Assembly: GCF_036321535.1 (NCBI RefSeq)
Contig: NC_087436.1
Coordinates: forward strand, 83,702,001-83,766,000
Length of the DNA: 64,000 nucleotides
Direction of reading: 5' to 3'
Origin: Camelus dromedarius
Taxonomy: Eukaryota
This document shows, in pieces, positions 52,721 through 64,000 of this stretch. Under the pieces are notes generated by a model that searched no databases, was not told where the DNA came from, and saw nothing but the letters and a program-made list of their open reading frames with translations. Both the position numbers and the translations under genes were made by a program. Numbering within the stretch: position 1 is the stretch's first letter; each line of letters opens with the position of its first letter.

Positions 52721-53039
52721 TTTTGTTGTTCTTTGTGCATTCCTTGTGTACTGTATCACAGAGCAGATTGTGAAAGTGCCATGATTAAAGATACCTTATA
52801 AGACATAAAAGTATGAAGGAGAGAAAGATAAACTATGATGAGAATCTGGGACAGCCTCTCGCCCTTGAGGCAATTAGTTGGGTCTGTAGTGGGATGAGGG
52901 AATGAGTCTGAGGAAGGCAGGTCATCTTCTAGTAACAAGCTAATATGATTTCAACACGACATTTATTAAAGGTGTAATTACAAGTATTGGTGTCAAGTTT
53001 GGTGGGGGCCTGATGGGTTTTCTCCCCTCCTGACCTCAA

Positions 53040-53670
53040 TATTCACAGGTCTTTCCCAACACTTCAACTCTCTGACACCAGTTAGGTGTGACTACTATTC
53101 TGACACTAACTGCCCAGAGTTAGACCCTGCAGGTTTGAGGGCTCAGTTCCACAACGTGGCCCTCACTTCAGATGTTAGTTGCAGGTATCAGGTCCTCAGG
53201 TCACCCTCACTTCTGTCTGCCTTGGCTACAAACCTGGGGTTTCCCACAACCCTCCAATTACTATTACAGTTTATTGTAAAGGGTACAGATGGACAGTCAG
53301 ATGTAGTGACACATGGGGTGAGGTCCAGAAGGGTCCCGAGCACAAGAGTCCTTCCCTGTGGAGTTGGGTGGGTCACCCTCCTGGCACATGGATATGTTTG
53401 CCAACTTGGAAGCTTCCTGAACCCTGTTGTTTTGGGGCTTTTTACGGAGGTTTTATCCTATAGGTAGGGTTGGTTAAATCACTGACCATTGATGATTAAC
53501 TCAATCTCCAGCCCCTTCCTTTACCCCAAGATTGGGAAGTGAGGCTGACAATTCTAAGCTTGTAATCAAGGCAAGCAGCCCCCCTCCTGAAACTATCTAG
53601 AGATCCCCACAGAGTCATCTCTTTAGAATAATTATCACTCAGAAAACTCCAAAATAACCCGGAGAAAAAA
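53040..53670 (-). mobile_element. MER21-like LTR
   Basis: TTCTGACACTAACTGCCCAGAGTTAG, GGCTCAGTTCCACAA, GTGGAGTTGGGTGGGTCACCCTCCTGGCACATGGAT and TTAACTCAATCTCCAGCCCC. Confidence 0.75.
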
Positions 53671-54144
53671 AATAGAGAATGAGAAGACATATGAAAGTGG
53701 AGAAGTAAAAGTGTAAGTGTTTGAAGAAGTTAAGACTAAAAAAGGGGGACTGAAGTGCACAGAGAGATGAGCAGGTCCCTGTCCTTAGAGGGAGCAGCGT
53801 GGAGAAGGAGGAGGTACCCCTCAGGGTCACTGTCGTTATCTTATTTGCCAGTGCTCTTAAATGACATATGTACACATAGCAAGATATTCAAGAGCCCTAC
53901 AAGTGTTGCTGGGAGATTGTTTAGCTTTCTATTTCTGGACTTTTCTACTCCAGTTAAGCTGGTTTATGCTCATCTTAGGCCCTCCCTGACACTCTGAACC
54001 TAGACTTGGTTTCAGAATGCCTCAGGCAGCTAACTTTAACTCTCTTGGTCCTTTTTTGCCACTGCTTCTGTAACTTTAACCTCACCCTCTTTTGTGGCTG
54101 ACATTTCTCTCTTTTCTTCCTTCCTCTTGCTACACATCATTGGA

Positions 54145-54313
54145 TCATTCATTTGTTTTCACTAATACCTTTTTGAACACCTATAATGTACCCTAACAAA
54201 TTTAAGCTCCAGGACAGCAGGGACCATAAATGCCCTGGCAATTTTTATGTATCCAGAACACAGAATAGTCCTGGCACAAATGTGTTCAATAAAAATTGGT
54301 TGATAGAATGAAT
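54145..54313. mobile_element. Two oppositely oriented L2 3'-end fragments
   Basis: TCATTCATTTG...TTGAACACCTATAATGTACC (minus) and AAGCTCCAGGACAGCAGGGAC...CCTGGCACAAATGTGTTCAATAAA...GAATGAAT (plus). Confidence 0.55.
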
Positions 54314-54519
54314 TGGTACCATATGGAGCACTGCATTTGCGATTAAGTAAAAGATCTATCTCAAGCACTTTACAAGAAACGAGTGGGAAATCATCATTTA
54401 CTCAAATAATTACAGTGAAGAATTATTTAATAGAAGCCAGAGAGATAGGAGAAAAATCTCCCATAAAGTTGCGATCATAAAAGACTTACATCTTCAGTGA
54501 AAGGGACTTAGAAATAAAC

Positions 54520-55010
54520 TTGTAACACAGGAGAGGCAGCAAGAAAACTCCTGTCCTGACCCTGGCATTGAGTGAGAAGAAGAGAAATATCTTTCCTGAG
54601 AATTTGTAAACGTGAGCCTGAATTGATAATGGTTTGTAATAAAAATTGACTCTATCCCCACACCATCCAGCTGAAGATTTAAGATGGTTGTGATTGCAGG
54701 AGATTGGTAGGAATAAACACAAATCCTCTCTGAAGGAATACAACTTCAACAGAGTCCTCAAAAAATTTCCACAGATGAAGTTCCAAAGGACAAGAGCCCA
54801 CAAGGCAGCATGAGTAACAGCTAGCAGAAACCGCTGAGAGCAGTATCAGACCCACTCAGACCACCTGATGCAATTACTACAGAAGGCAAACATAGCAAAG
54901 TTTAGTTTGCACAGAGAGGCTTTATGATATGAGCAAGGAATAGGAGACTTAAACAGAGATCAAGCAGATTTGAAAAGGAACTAAATAGAACTTTGAAAAA
55001 TAAAACATAG
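54520..55010 (+). mobile_element. Very old L1M 5'/ORF1 remnant
   Basis: AAATCCTCTCTGAAGGAATA and AGCAGATTTGAAAAGGAACTAAATAGAACTT. Confidence 0.5.
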
Positions 55011-58000
55011 TTATCATAGTTATATAGTTATAATAATGACAGTTAAGTCACTGCGACCCTTATCAGAGCAGGGTCATTGAGGGATGGGGGCAGAATCCAG
55101 TAACAGTCAATTGAAGAGTTAACGGTAGTAAACTGTGCATATATGTTATGTGATTTTCTGTATGCGTCTGATATTTTACAGTTTAAAAATATTAAATAAA
55201 TGATAATGAGAGATGAAAAAATAGGAAAAGTGCAAAATCATTCTAATAACTTTCAGTGGTGACAAAACAGTGATGGTGATCAGGAAAGAGAGGGAGTGTC
55301 TCCCTCCATCAGTGTATCTCATTACTCCCAGATGCCAATGCTACTTCCTTCTCTTTCACTAAAGGAAAATGAGAGATGGTGAAAAGGGAGGGAAAGTGGG
55401 AAGACAGATGAAGGGAAGGGAAAAAAGAATAGGAATAAGAACAAAAGGGAATTGAGAGGGATAAGGAGGGAAGGAATCCCATATGGCTACATTGAATGAG
55501 CCCCTCATCCCTGTGCTGGATTTGATGGCAGTGGAGAAAAACAAAGTTGTGAGAGAGAAATGGGGAACATGTGAAGCCCATTCTAAATTAGTCACCTTGA
55601 AAATTAACATTATATTAAGACAATTTTTTTTTCACTTTTAGTGAAACCATAAATTTCACTTAAAAATGAACGGTAACCAAATCCTCTCTAATTTCATTTT
55701 CAACGAACGGAAATGGACTTGAACTGAACCAAAAGTGACAAGCTCCATTCTGCAAACCTTGAAACATCACTACCTCTTAAAAGTAAAAAGCATAAAGTGG
55801 GACATTCGGTTGTCAGCTTGAATTACTTTTCCTTTTTTGAAAAGCATAGTTCAGGCCTCTCAGAAGACCAAGCCTGGGGCAAGAGAAAGGAGAGGAAGCC
55901 CACTGCCAGAGTTCATAGATCTGTAGAAACAGAATTCACCTTCTTAATTTTGTAGGCAAAGGATTAAAATAAACATTTATTCTATCCAACTACTTTGAAT
56001 GTAGTTTAAAGTCAGGTAATGTTGAAAAAGCAAAATATAATTTTGAGGCAAATCAAACAGGTATGTCCATTTCAATTCTTTTCAAAACATCAAGTCAAAG
56101 CATTTTCAGATTAAAAAAAAAAAAGCATAATTATATAATGAGGAGCAATTTTTCTCAATTCTAGCGCTCGTTCCCCCACTTTACAAAGTACTTTAGAATG
56201 ACCAGCCTATTTTCTCCATATCATGCTTCTGCTTGAAATGTAGCCTGACTTGGGAGGTCGTATTCATTATGATTCTTTACAATGCAAATGTCATAGTTCA
56301 ACCCATGCAAGTTTAAAAGGAGGAATGTAATAGGTGATTGAGCACCAGACTCAAAAGTCCCAAGGGAAGCCTGCTTCAGGTATAGCTTGATTGAGGACTC
56401 TAACCATGTTCGTACGGTCTATCTGTGGGGGCAGCATTCCCTGTACCTCAGCTTCATGACTCAGGCTGGCTTCTCTCATCACAGAAAAGTATTGCTGAGC
56501 TCCGAGACCAGTGTTCTCACAGCATCAAATCTACCTCCAGTAGATACCTCCTCATCCCTTTTTGTCTCTGTTAACTTACATGTGTGCCTAGGTCTGAACT
56601 GGGGCCAGTGGGATGGGTCCCACGGCCTGGCTCACCCCAGTCAGAGCCCACAGCTCTTCAGCTTAGGGCAGGGACTGTCCTGCCCCTTCTAAGTAGCATT
56701 GCTAAGTCTGGGAGAGAGGTGGTCTTCAAATAAAACTGGAGCTACAGTTACCTGATATTTTATGAGGAGGAATGGCTGCTTGGCAGCAAAAAACTGATGA
56801 TTGGGACAAGTAGTGGTCAAAGTTGGCTCTAGAAAAACCTTGAAGTAGTAAAATTTGGTATTTTCCCTCATTTTGAGATCTTCCACTTTCATACCCTTTC
56901 CCCCTATTTTCAGTTATTATTTGACTCTTGGATAGCGAGACCCTTGCTTTCTAAACAAGGGTCACTGTTAGTGTATATTTGGCTTCAACCTACAATGGCT
57001 AATATATTGTCAGTCAGTGAAAAATCAGTAAGCACCAAGGACTGGGTTCTCACTTTGACATGTTAGTTTATATTGACCCTGAAATTTTAGAAAAACAAAT
57101 AGCATTTTTTTAACGTAAAGTCTAGGTAGAGTAATACCGACTGAAGTAAATAAAACATTACTTAATATAAAATGTTAGAGAACAAAAAAGCTTTCATCAT
57201 TCATCAATTGTCATGGACTTATATGATCTTTTCATGTTCACTCCTGTCCCATGGAGATGAGACATCTGAAATCTAATGTTACCAACAAGAATTTTATTTT
57301 TATATAAATCAGTTTAAATGATGAATATAATATAAGGATACAAGCATATTATACTTGTGTATTTTGATCAGTACATATTTCTCCTCGCTTCCCTGTGCCA
57401 TTCTCCTGTAACTATTTATTCAGCAGTTACTACAGACCTCCTGTATATTCCAGGTACTGTTTTAGGAGTCAGGGATATAAGATTAATGCTTTATTATGTC
57501 ACACACAGTGGAATCCCAACCATATACCCACAGTAGAAGTAATATTGGTTTGATGGATTGTAATTAAAGGGGAACCATATATATGTAAATGAATATAAAA
57601 TTATTTTTCATTTCCGGGGTAGCAAGGATAATATTCTGGCTTCCAGGAGGAAGAACTAATTTTATTTAGACACATAAAATCTCAGTCTGAAAAGAAAGTT
57701 TCTCTGTTTGGGACTAGAATTGTGCTCAAGGTTTTCTCCATCACCATGCTCCACCCCTAGTGGAGGCTGCTCAAACCACTAGTTGACAGAAAGAGGTTAT
57801 GGAGCATCTGACCAGGGTTTTCCTAAAATGTGAAACAGGTCTGCAATTTAAGGAAAAAAGAATTCTAACTCTGTTTCTATTCACTGTTCAAGCTTAACTG
57901 TTAAAAATTAAAATTTACATATGTGAAACCATCTTTTATTAATATAAACGAGAAGACAAATATACAAAAAGATGTCTAGAAGCCTTGTTGTTCCAGATGC

Positions 58001-58099
58001 AGCAAAACAACATCTGATTGGCATGTGGCTATTTTGGCCAGAATCCTAAATTTAGTTTTCACAGCGTTCTTTTCCCTGTGTTGTAGACAGGCAGGTGAG

Positions 58100-58320
58100 G
58101 AAAATGACTGCGGGTTCTGCCTGCCTGGGTTGGAATTCTTACTCGGCCACATGCTGCCTGTGTGATCTTACTCTGCACCTCTGCTTCCTCATCTGGAAAA
58201 TGAGGATAAAACAGAATCTATCTCAGGATTGCTATGAGGATTAACTGACTAAATATGTGTACAGTGCTTAGAACCATGCCTGGCACACAGTAAATAGTAT
58301 GTGTTTGGTTAAATAAATAC
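58100..58320 (+). mobile_element. MIR
   Basis: CTGCCTGGGTTGGAATTC, TTCCTCATCTGGAAAATGAGGATAA and AGTGCTTAGAACCATGCCTGGCACACAGTAA. Confidence 0.85.
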
Positions 58321-58867
58321 ACACACACACATACACTAATTTCTCACATTTTGTGTTGTCAAACTGAGATTATGACTTTATGATGCCCTTATATAACTAC
58401 AAAGGAGTATTTTGTTATCGGACTTAGCTTATTCACTGAGGGCTATTAAAACTTAAAGGATAAGACTGGATATCTAACATATAAGTGACTTTTTGTAACT
58501 CTTCCATTTAAGATGTCTATCAGAACCACTAAGTGTATTTATATTTAATAGATGATTTATAATTTCATAGTTATGTGTGTTCCTCAACAAATCCACAATG
58601 GTATAAAAATCCACAGGTAGAATAAAAATAAAAGGGAATAAAAAGGCCTCACTTCTAGTTACATCTTCCCAGTGGTGTTCGTTGTTCATTTCTGAACACA
58701 CACTGGCAATGGGAATATAAAGACCAGAAGGAAGCTCTTCCACTTAGCTTCTAGAACGGCCACCGCAGACTTAGGGGATTAAGGAATGAAAGCAGAAGAA
58801 TTTCATGAGACATCTGGGACTCTTGTTCTTCATCATTTCCTCCTAATACATGACCTTCTGATACATG

Positions 58868-59110
58868 TGTTATTTCTTAACCAGGGCAGTACTGTTTTCC
58901 TAGAAGGCATTTAAGAAAGTGCAGATATTGTAAACTTACACAGTGTTATTGTCAATTGTATCTCAGTAAAGCTGGGGGTAAAAAAGGAATGTGCAGATGC
59001 TTCTGGCATTTAATGGGCTTGGAATAGAAGTGTTAAATGTCTTGCAAAGAATGGGTGAGTCCTGCAAAATAAAAATGGAAATGTTCAAAATGCCAGTAGC
59101 ACCTGGTCTT
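58868..59110 (+). mobile_element. MER20-like hAT element holding a ~58-bp L1 tail (58927-58984)
   Basis: TTCTTAACCAGGGCAG...TGCTTCTGGCATTTAATGG...CAAAATGCCAGTAG; nested tail flanked by AAGAAAGTGCAGAT / AGGAATGTGCAGAT. Confidence 0.6.
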
Positions 59111-61167
59111 CCTGCACTGATGCTCACAAAGAATGCTGCAAGAGAAACAACTCTGGCCTGGAACCTCGGAGACCTATATTGTGGACCTGCTTCAAACCCA
59201 ACTAGCTACATGACCTTATGGGAGTCCTGGAATTTCTCTCAATTTCATCCTCTCTTATAAATAGTAGAAGTCCATTTCACTGCTATTTCTTTGACTTAAG
59301 AGTCTAAAGATAATTACTTTGCTTTCTTGCTTAGCAATAATTTTATTTCTCAGCAGTATCCTCTCCAAGTGACAGAATGACAGTGATGTCAATCCATTTG
59401 AAGCCACAACTGTGTGCAGACATTATCCTGTAAATATTCCAAGTCTTTAACAAAAATATTTAGTTTTAATTGGAGTAAAAAAAAATCAACAAACTTGAGT
59501 TCAATTTTTAATGTGAAAATATTACTATTCTCTTATTTGATAGATCTTGTATTATATTTCATTTGTTCCTATTCAAGGCCAAAATATAAAGCTGATTCCA
59601 GAAAAGTGAGAGTACATAACAGTTTAGTTATAATTAATATTATCATATTTCTTCTTTTCATAAATATACCTTAAATAAATCACTCAATAAAAAAGGCCTA
59701 CTTAACAAGCAAAGCTTGCTGATCTCCTTTATAATTTATCAGCAAATTCTGAACATAATTACAGTTGATCAATTTTAGTATTTGTATCCTTAACATAATA
59801 ATTATAACTCATGCAAAGTTATGTCAAATCTGTAACTTCTAATAAATAGCATATCTTTACATTTACACTGTGAGCACCTCAAGTTTAGTTCTTCCATTTT
59901 TATTATATAACTATTTATTTTTATTGTATAACTAGACTCTTATTCTATATAAAGTGAACATCTATTAAATATTGATGTTACGGTAATGAAAAAGAAATCC
60001 AATACAATATACTCTACTTTTGCTTTGCTGAAACCCAAGGATGAAAAGCTTTCCACATAATATTTTTCCTCTTAATAAAATAAGTGTTGTCAATACTATG
60101 CAATCTTCTGTGTGAAAATGGGGTTGAAATATGCTTCTGAGACCAGCTTCCTTGGGAAAATATCTGATCCATTTTGAGTCAAGAGAGGTGCTGTAAGTAC
60201 TCTGCACACAGGCATTCAATCTGTTTGTTCTGACAGAGTCACTAATCCGTCCTGGCTTTGCAGTTTCATTTTGTGACCCAGAGTAAAACGTATGCAAGCC
60301 ATTACTGGATAACAATCGGCAAACTCTGATCTGAGATAGATTTCTTAAAAAGTCTCTAAATTGTTGAGCTTCTGATTGGTACTACTGCAACAAAGTAAGT
60401 TTTTGAGGTAAATGAATCCAAATAAGTGAAATCATTTCTTCATCCTCTGGTGGCCTTTTAAATCCATGTTACTGTTTAAATATACACTTAACGTAAGAGA
60501 TAAAAGGATACATGGAAGGGTTTTTCATTTGTTTTAATTTATGGAAAAATAAATTACTTTTTGTTATAAATAAAATGTCTCTTCTTTCAAATCTTGTAAA
60601 ACTCTAACTTCTAAATACTTGTTCGTCTTATATCAATAGTTACTGCTAACAACTGATAATGTCAGTCATATCCTTGGCTTGAAAGATTATGTGACTTTAT
60701 TTTTTTAATCTTCTCTCAAGAAACATAAACATACATATTCTAGTAATATGTAGCTATCTCAGTTTTTAAAATACCTTTTATATGACAGATATGAACATGA
60801 CTGTTAATTTATATCATGAACTGAATTCATTTTGAAAAGTTAAAAATCATGTATTTTTTAAATGGTTAATTTTTTCCATTATAAAATGATTGCATGCTTA
60901 TTATAAAACCTTGGATAATAATGAAGGTAAAAATTAAGGAAAAAAAACTTAGCCTCTTAAATAAAATCATAGGTAACATTGTGGGATATATACATGTAAT
61001 ATTTTAAAATTTTTATTCATGTAAATTAATTAACATGTATTTATGCAAAGTAAAACATGGATATGGCCTTAACATCAAAAAGTACTACAAGATTTATAAC
61101 AGCAATCCTCTCCCTTTCTTATCCCTGGGTCCCTAGCCCCAGTTCAACAATTATATTCAACACTTTT

Positions 61168-61648
61168 TAGGTGGTTTCCAGTATTGTCTCCACGTTTAAA
61201 GACATCCACATCCTAATTCCTTGCATCTGTGTATATGTTACCTTACGTGGTAAAGACTTGCAGATGTAAGTTAAGGCTCTTGAGATGGGGTAATTGTTCT
61301 GGGTTATCTGGATGGGCCCAATGCTATAATCACAAGGGTCCTTAAAAGGGAGAGGTAGGGGGATCAGAGTCAGTACTAGGGAAGGTATGATAGAAGCAAG
61401 AATGTGGGGTGATGCGAGGAAGGGGTCATGAGCCAAAGAAAGCAATGGCCTTCAGAAAGTGAAAAAGGCAAAGAAATGGATTCTACCCACAGAGCGTCCA
61501 GGAAGATTCAGCCCTGATGATGCCTTGACTTTAGGCCAGTCAGGCTGATTTTGGACTTCTTACCTCCAGAACTATAAGATAATACATTTGTGTTTTTAGC
61601 CACTAAGTGTGTGATAATTTGTTATAGCAGCAATAGGAAACTAATGTA
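61168..61648 (+). mobile_element. MaLR LTR (MLT1D-like)
   Basis: TATGTTACCTTACGTGGTAAAGACTTGCAGATGT, CCTCCAGAACTATAAGATAATA and TTTGTTATAGCAGCAATAGGAAACTAAT. Confidence 0.88.
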
Positions 61649-61959
61649 GCCTATTATTTTTTCATAGAAATTTGTTCTTTTTTTTAAAGTGTGCAGATCC
61701 TTATCTCTCTGAGGATTTTTTTAATAAATTAAGTTACTTCTTATTCTGCACATTGTCTCTGATTTTGGGGGGTCTTCTTTTCTGGTTTGTTTTTCTCATT
61801 TTGTTTTATTATCTTTGGATAGCCATTTATATTTAAGAGTGAAATTCTAAAAAAACTATGAGGAAGCATTGCTAAAGGAGCAGGTTTATCCCTAGGAGAA
61901 CATTGCTAAACATAGGGTAATTCGTGGGCATATGCCTATTTCACTGAAAGCTCCCTGTT

Positions 61960-62495
61960 CATGTTACTGTTGCTTCATAATAAGTTACCTAAAATTTTAT
62001 GGGTTAAAATGATTATTTTATTTTGCTTAGTACTCTTTTGTGTCAAGAATTCAGGATAGGCTCAGCTAGGCAGTTCTCAAATAAGGTATTTCATGTATTT
62101 ACAGTCAGAAATCAGCTGGAGTTGTAGTTACAATCTGACTCATTTGGGCTGGAATCCAAAATAGCTCCTCCTCTGGCTGACAGTTAATGCTGGCCATTGA
62201 CTGGGTGGACCCAGATGGACTTTCACCTGGATCACCTACGTATGGCTGTTAGGACATGATAGTCTCAAGCAGTCGAACTTCTTACATGGTTACGGGCCTC
62301 CTCTAGATCCCAGAGCAAGAATCCCAGGAGAACTAGGTGGATGCCTCATGACCTTTTCCAACCAACCTTCAGAAGTTGCACAATGTTATTCCCCTTCATT
62401 CTATAGGGTGAGGAGGTCAGATGCTCATCCAAATTCAGGGGGACTGGATATAGATCCACAGTTCAATTAGAGGAGCGTACAGAATTTAGAACTTG
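61960..62495 (-). mobile_element. Old MaLR LTR, reverse orientation
   Basis: TTGCTTCATAATAAGTTACCTAAAA, TCAAGAATTCAGGATAGGCTCAGCTAGGCAGTTCT and GAACTTCTTACATGG. Confidence 0.7.
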
Positions 62496-62499
62496 ATTT

Positions 62500-64000
62500 T
62501 TTTTTTCTGTTTCATTAATCTGTCTATCTTGATACCAACACTGTAGCTTTATGATAAATCTTGGCATCAGGGAGTGCTAGTTCCCTAAATTTATTCTTAT
62601 TTTTCAAAATTGATTTGGCTATTGTAGGTCCTTTGTATTTTCATATATATTTTAGAATCAGTCTGCCAACTTCTAAACAAAAGCTTACTGAGATTTTGAT
62701 TTGGATTGCATTGGCTCTATAGATCATCCTGGGGAGAACTGACACTTTAGCAATATTGAGTCTTCTGACCCATGAGTATAGCATATCTCTCCATTAATTT
62801 AGGTCCTCTAATTTTACTCTGCAGTGTTTGTACTTTTCAGTGTCCTGGTCTTTCATGTCTTTTGTCAATTTATTCTTAACTATTTTACTTTTTAGGCTAT
62901 TGATTTTGTATATTGATCTTGTATTCTACAAACCTTGATAAAGCCATTTTTTAGTACTCTTAGCTTTTTTGTAAGTTCTATTGGATTTTCCACATAGACA
63001 ACCATGTCATTTGTGAATAAAGACAGTTTTACTTCTTCGTCTCCAATCTGGACGCCTTTTATTTATTTTCCTTGCCTGACTGCACTGGCTAAAACCTTCA
63101 GCACAATGTTGAATAGGAATGGTGAGAATGGACATTTTGGGCTTATTTCTGAGCTTAGAGGGAAAGCAATCTGTCTTTTACCATTAAGGTATGATATTAG
63201 CTGTAGGATTCTATAAGAAGCCTTTATCAGATTAGAGGAATTTCCTCTCTCTCCTAGATTGCTAAGAATTTTTTTTTTTTAAATCAGGAATGAATGTTAG
63301 ATTTTGTCAAGTGGTTTTACTGAGTCTTTTGAGATTATCATATGGCTTCTGTTTTCCAATTTATGTATATGGTGATTTATAGCGAAGGATTTCAAACATG
63401 AAAACAACCTAGCATTTTTGAGGTCAACCCCATTTGGTCATAATGTATTATCCTTTTTGTATATTGTTCTCTTTGATTTGTTAAGGTTTTGCTTAGAATT
63501 TTTGCATCTGTGTTCGTGAGGAACATTAGTCCACAATTTTGTTTTCTTCAAATGTCTTTGTCTGGTTTTTATATCAGGTCAATGCTGGCCTCATAGAAAG
63601 GGTTGGAAAATATTCCCTACTTTTCAATTTTCTGGAAGAGTTTGTGTAGAGTTGGTTTTACTTCCTTTAAAAACATTTTGTAGGATTCACTGAAGAAGCC
63701 ATTTTGGCATGGGATTTTCTTTGTAGGAAAGTTTTTAACTAGAAATTTAATTAAAAAATGGATATGTGGCTGTTTTCTTTTTGACTGCATTTTGCAATTT
63801 ATGTCTTGCCAGGAGTTGTATCTAATGTATTAAATTTACTGGCTTCAAGTTGTTAATATTATTCTCTCATTTTCCTTTTAATATCTGTAAAATCTCTATG
63901 TCACTCCTCCCATTCCTGATACTGCCAATTTGTGTTTTCTTTCTTTCTTTTTATCCTTATCCATCTGGTTAGAGATTTTAGATTTTATTGATCTTCTGAA
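62500..64000 (-). mobile_element. Old L1 ORF2 fragment running off the right edge
   Basis: Colinear with the young L1 (AGCACAATGTTGAATAGGAATGGTGAGAATGGACA, AACCCCATTTGGTCAT, TTTCTGGAAGAGTTTG) but much more decayed. Confidence 0.9.

Noticed and set aside
57749..57767. CTCF-like CCACTAGGGGTGG on the minus strand
   Set aside because: Mismatches in the key GGC positions; weak.

Overview
Mammalian genomic DNA, probably camelid, judged from a tRNA-derived SINE and L1 3' ends that resemble alpaca/camel families; the species is not proven. Two genes point away from each other. On the minus strand is the first coding exon of FAM13A (MGAGALAIC plus a GTGAGT donor, 18637-18663), with its intron running off the left edge. 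On the plus strand is the complete, uninterrupted CDS of TIGD2 (40532-42109), a domesticated pogo/Tigger transposase downstream of a CpG island (~38070-39400). The rest is dense transposon sequence: a near-full-length decayed L1, a young 5'-truncated L1 with a doubled 3' end, older L1M pieces, MaLR and ERV solo LTRs, MIR, L2 and hAT MITEs. I found no convincing new biological system. The best leads are an in-frame upstream ATG and uORFs in the FAM13A leader, an L2-derived poly(A) signal for TIGD2, the broken TIGD2 catalytic triad, a twin-primed L1 insertion, a chimeric double-tailed L1, and several strong regulatory motifs. Repeat names come from recognition by eye and their boundaries are approximate.
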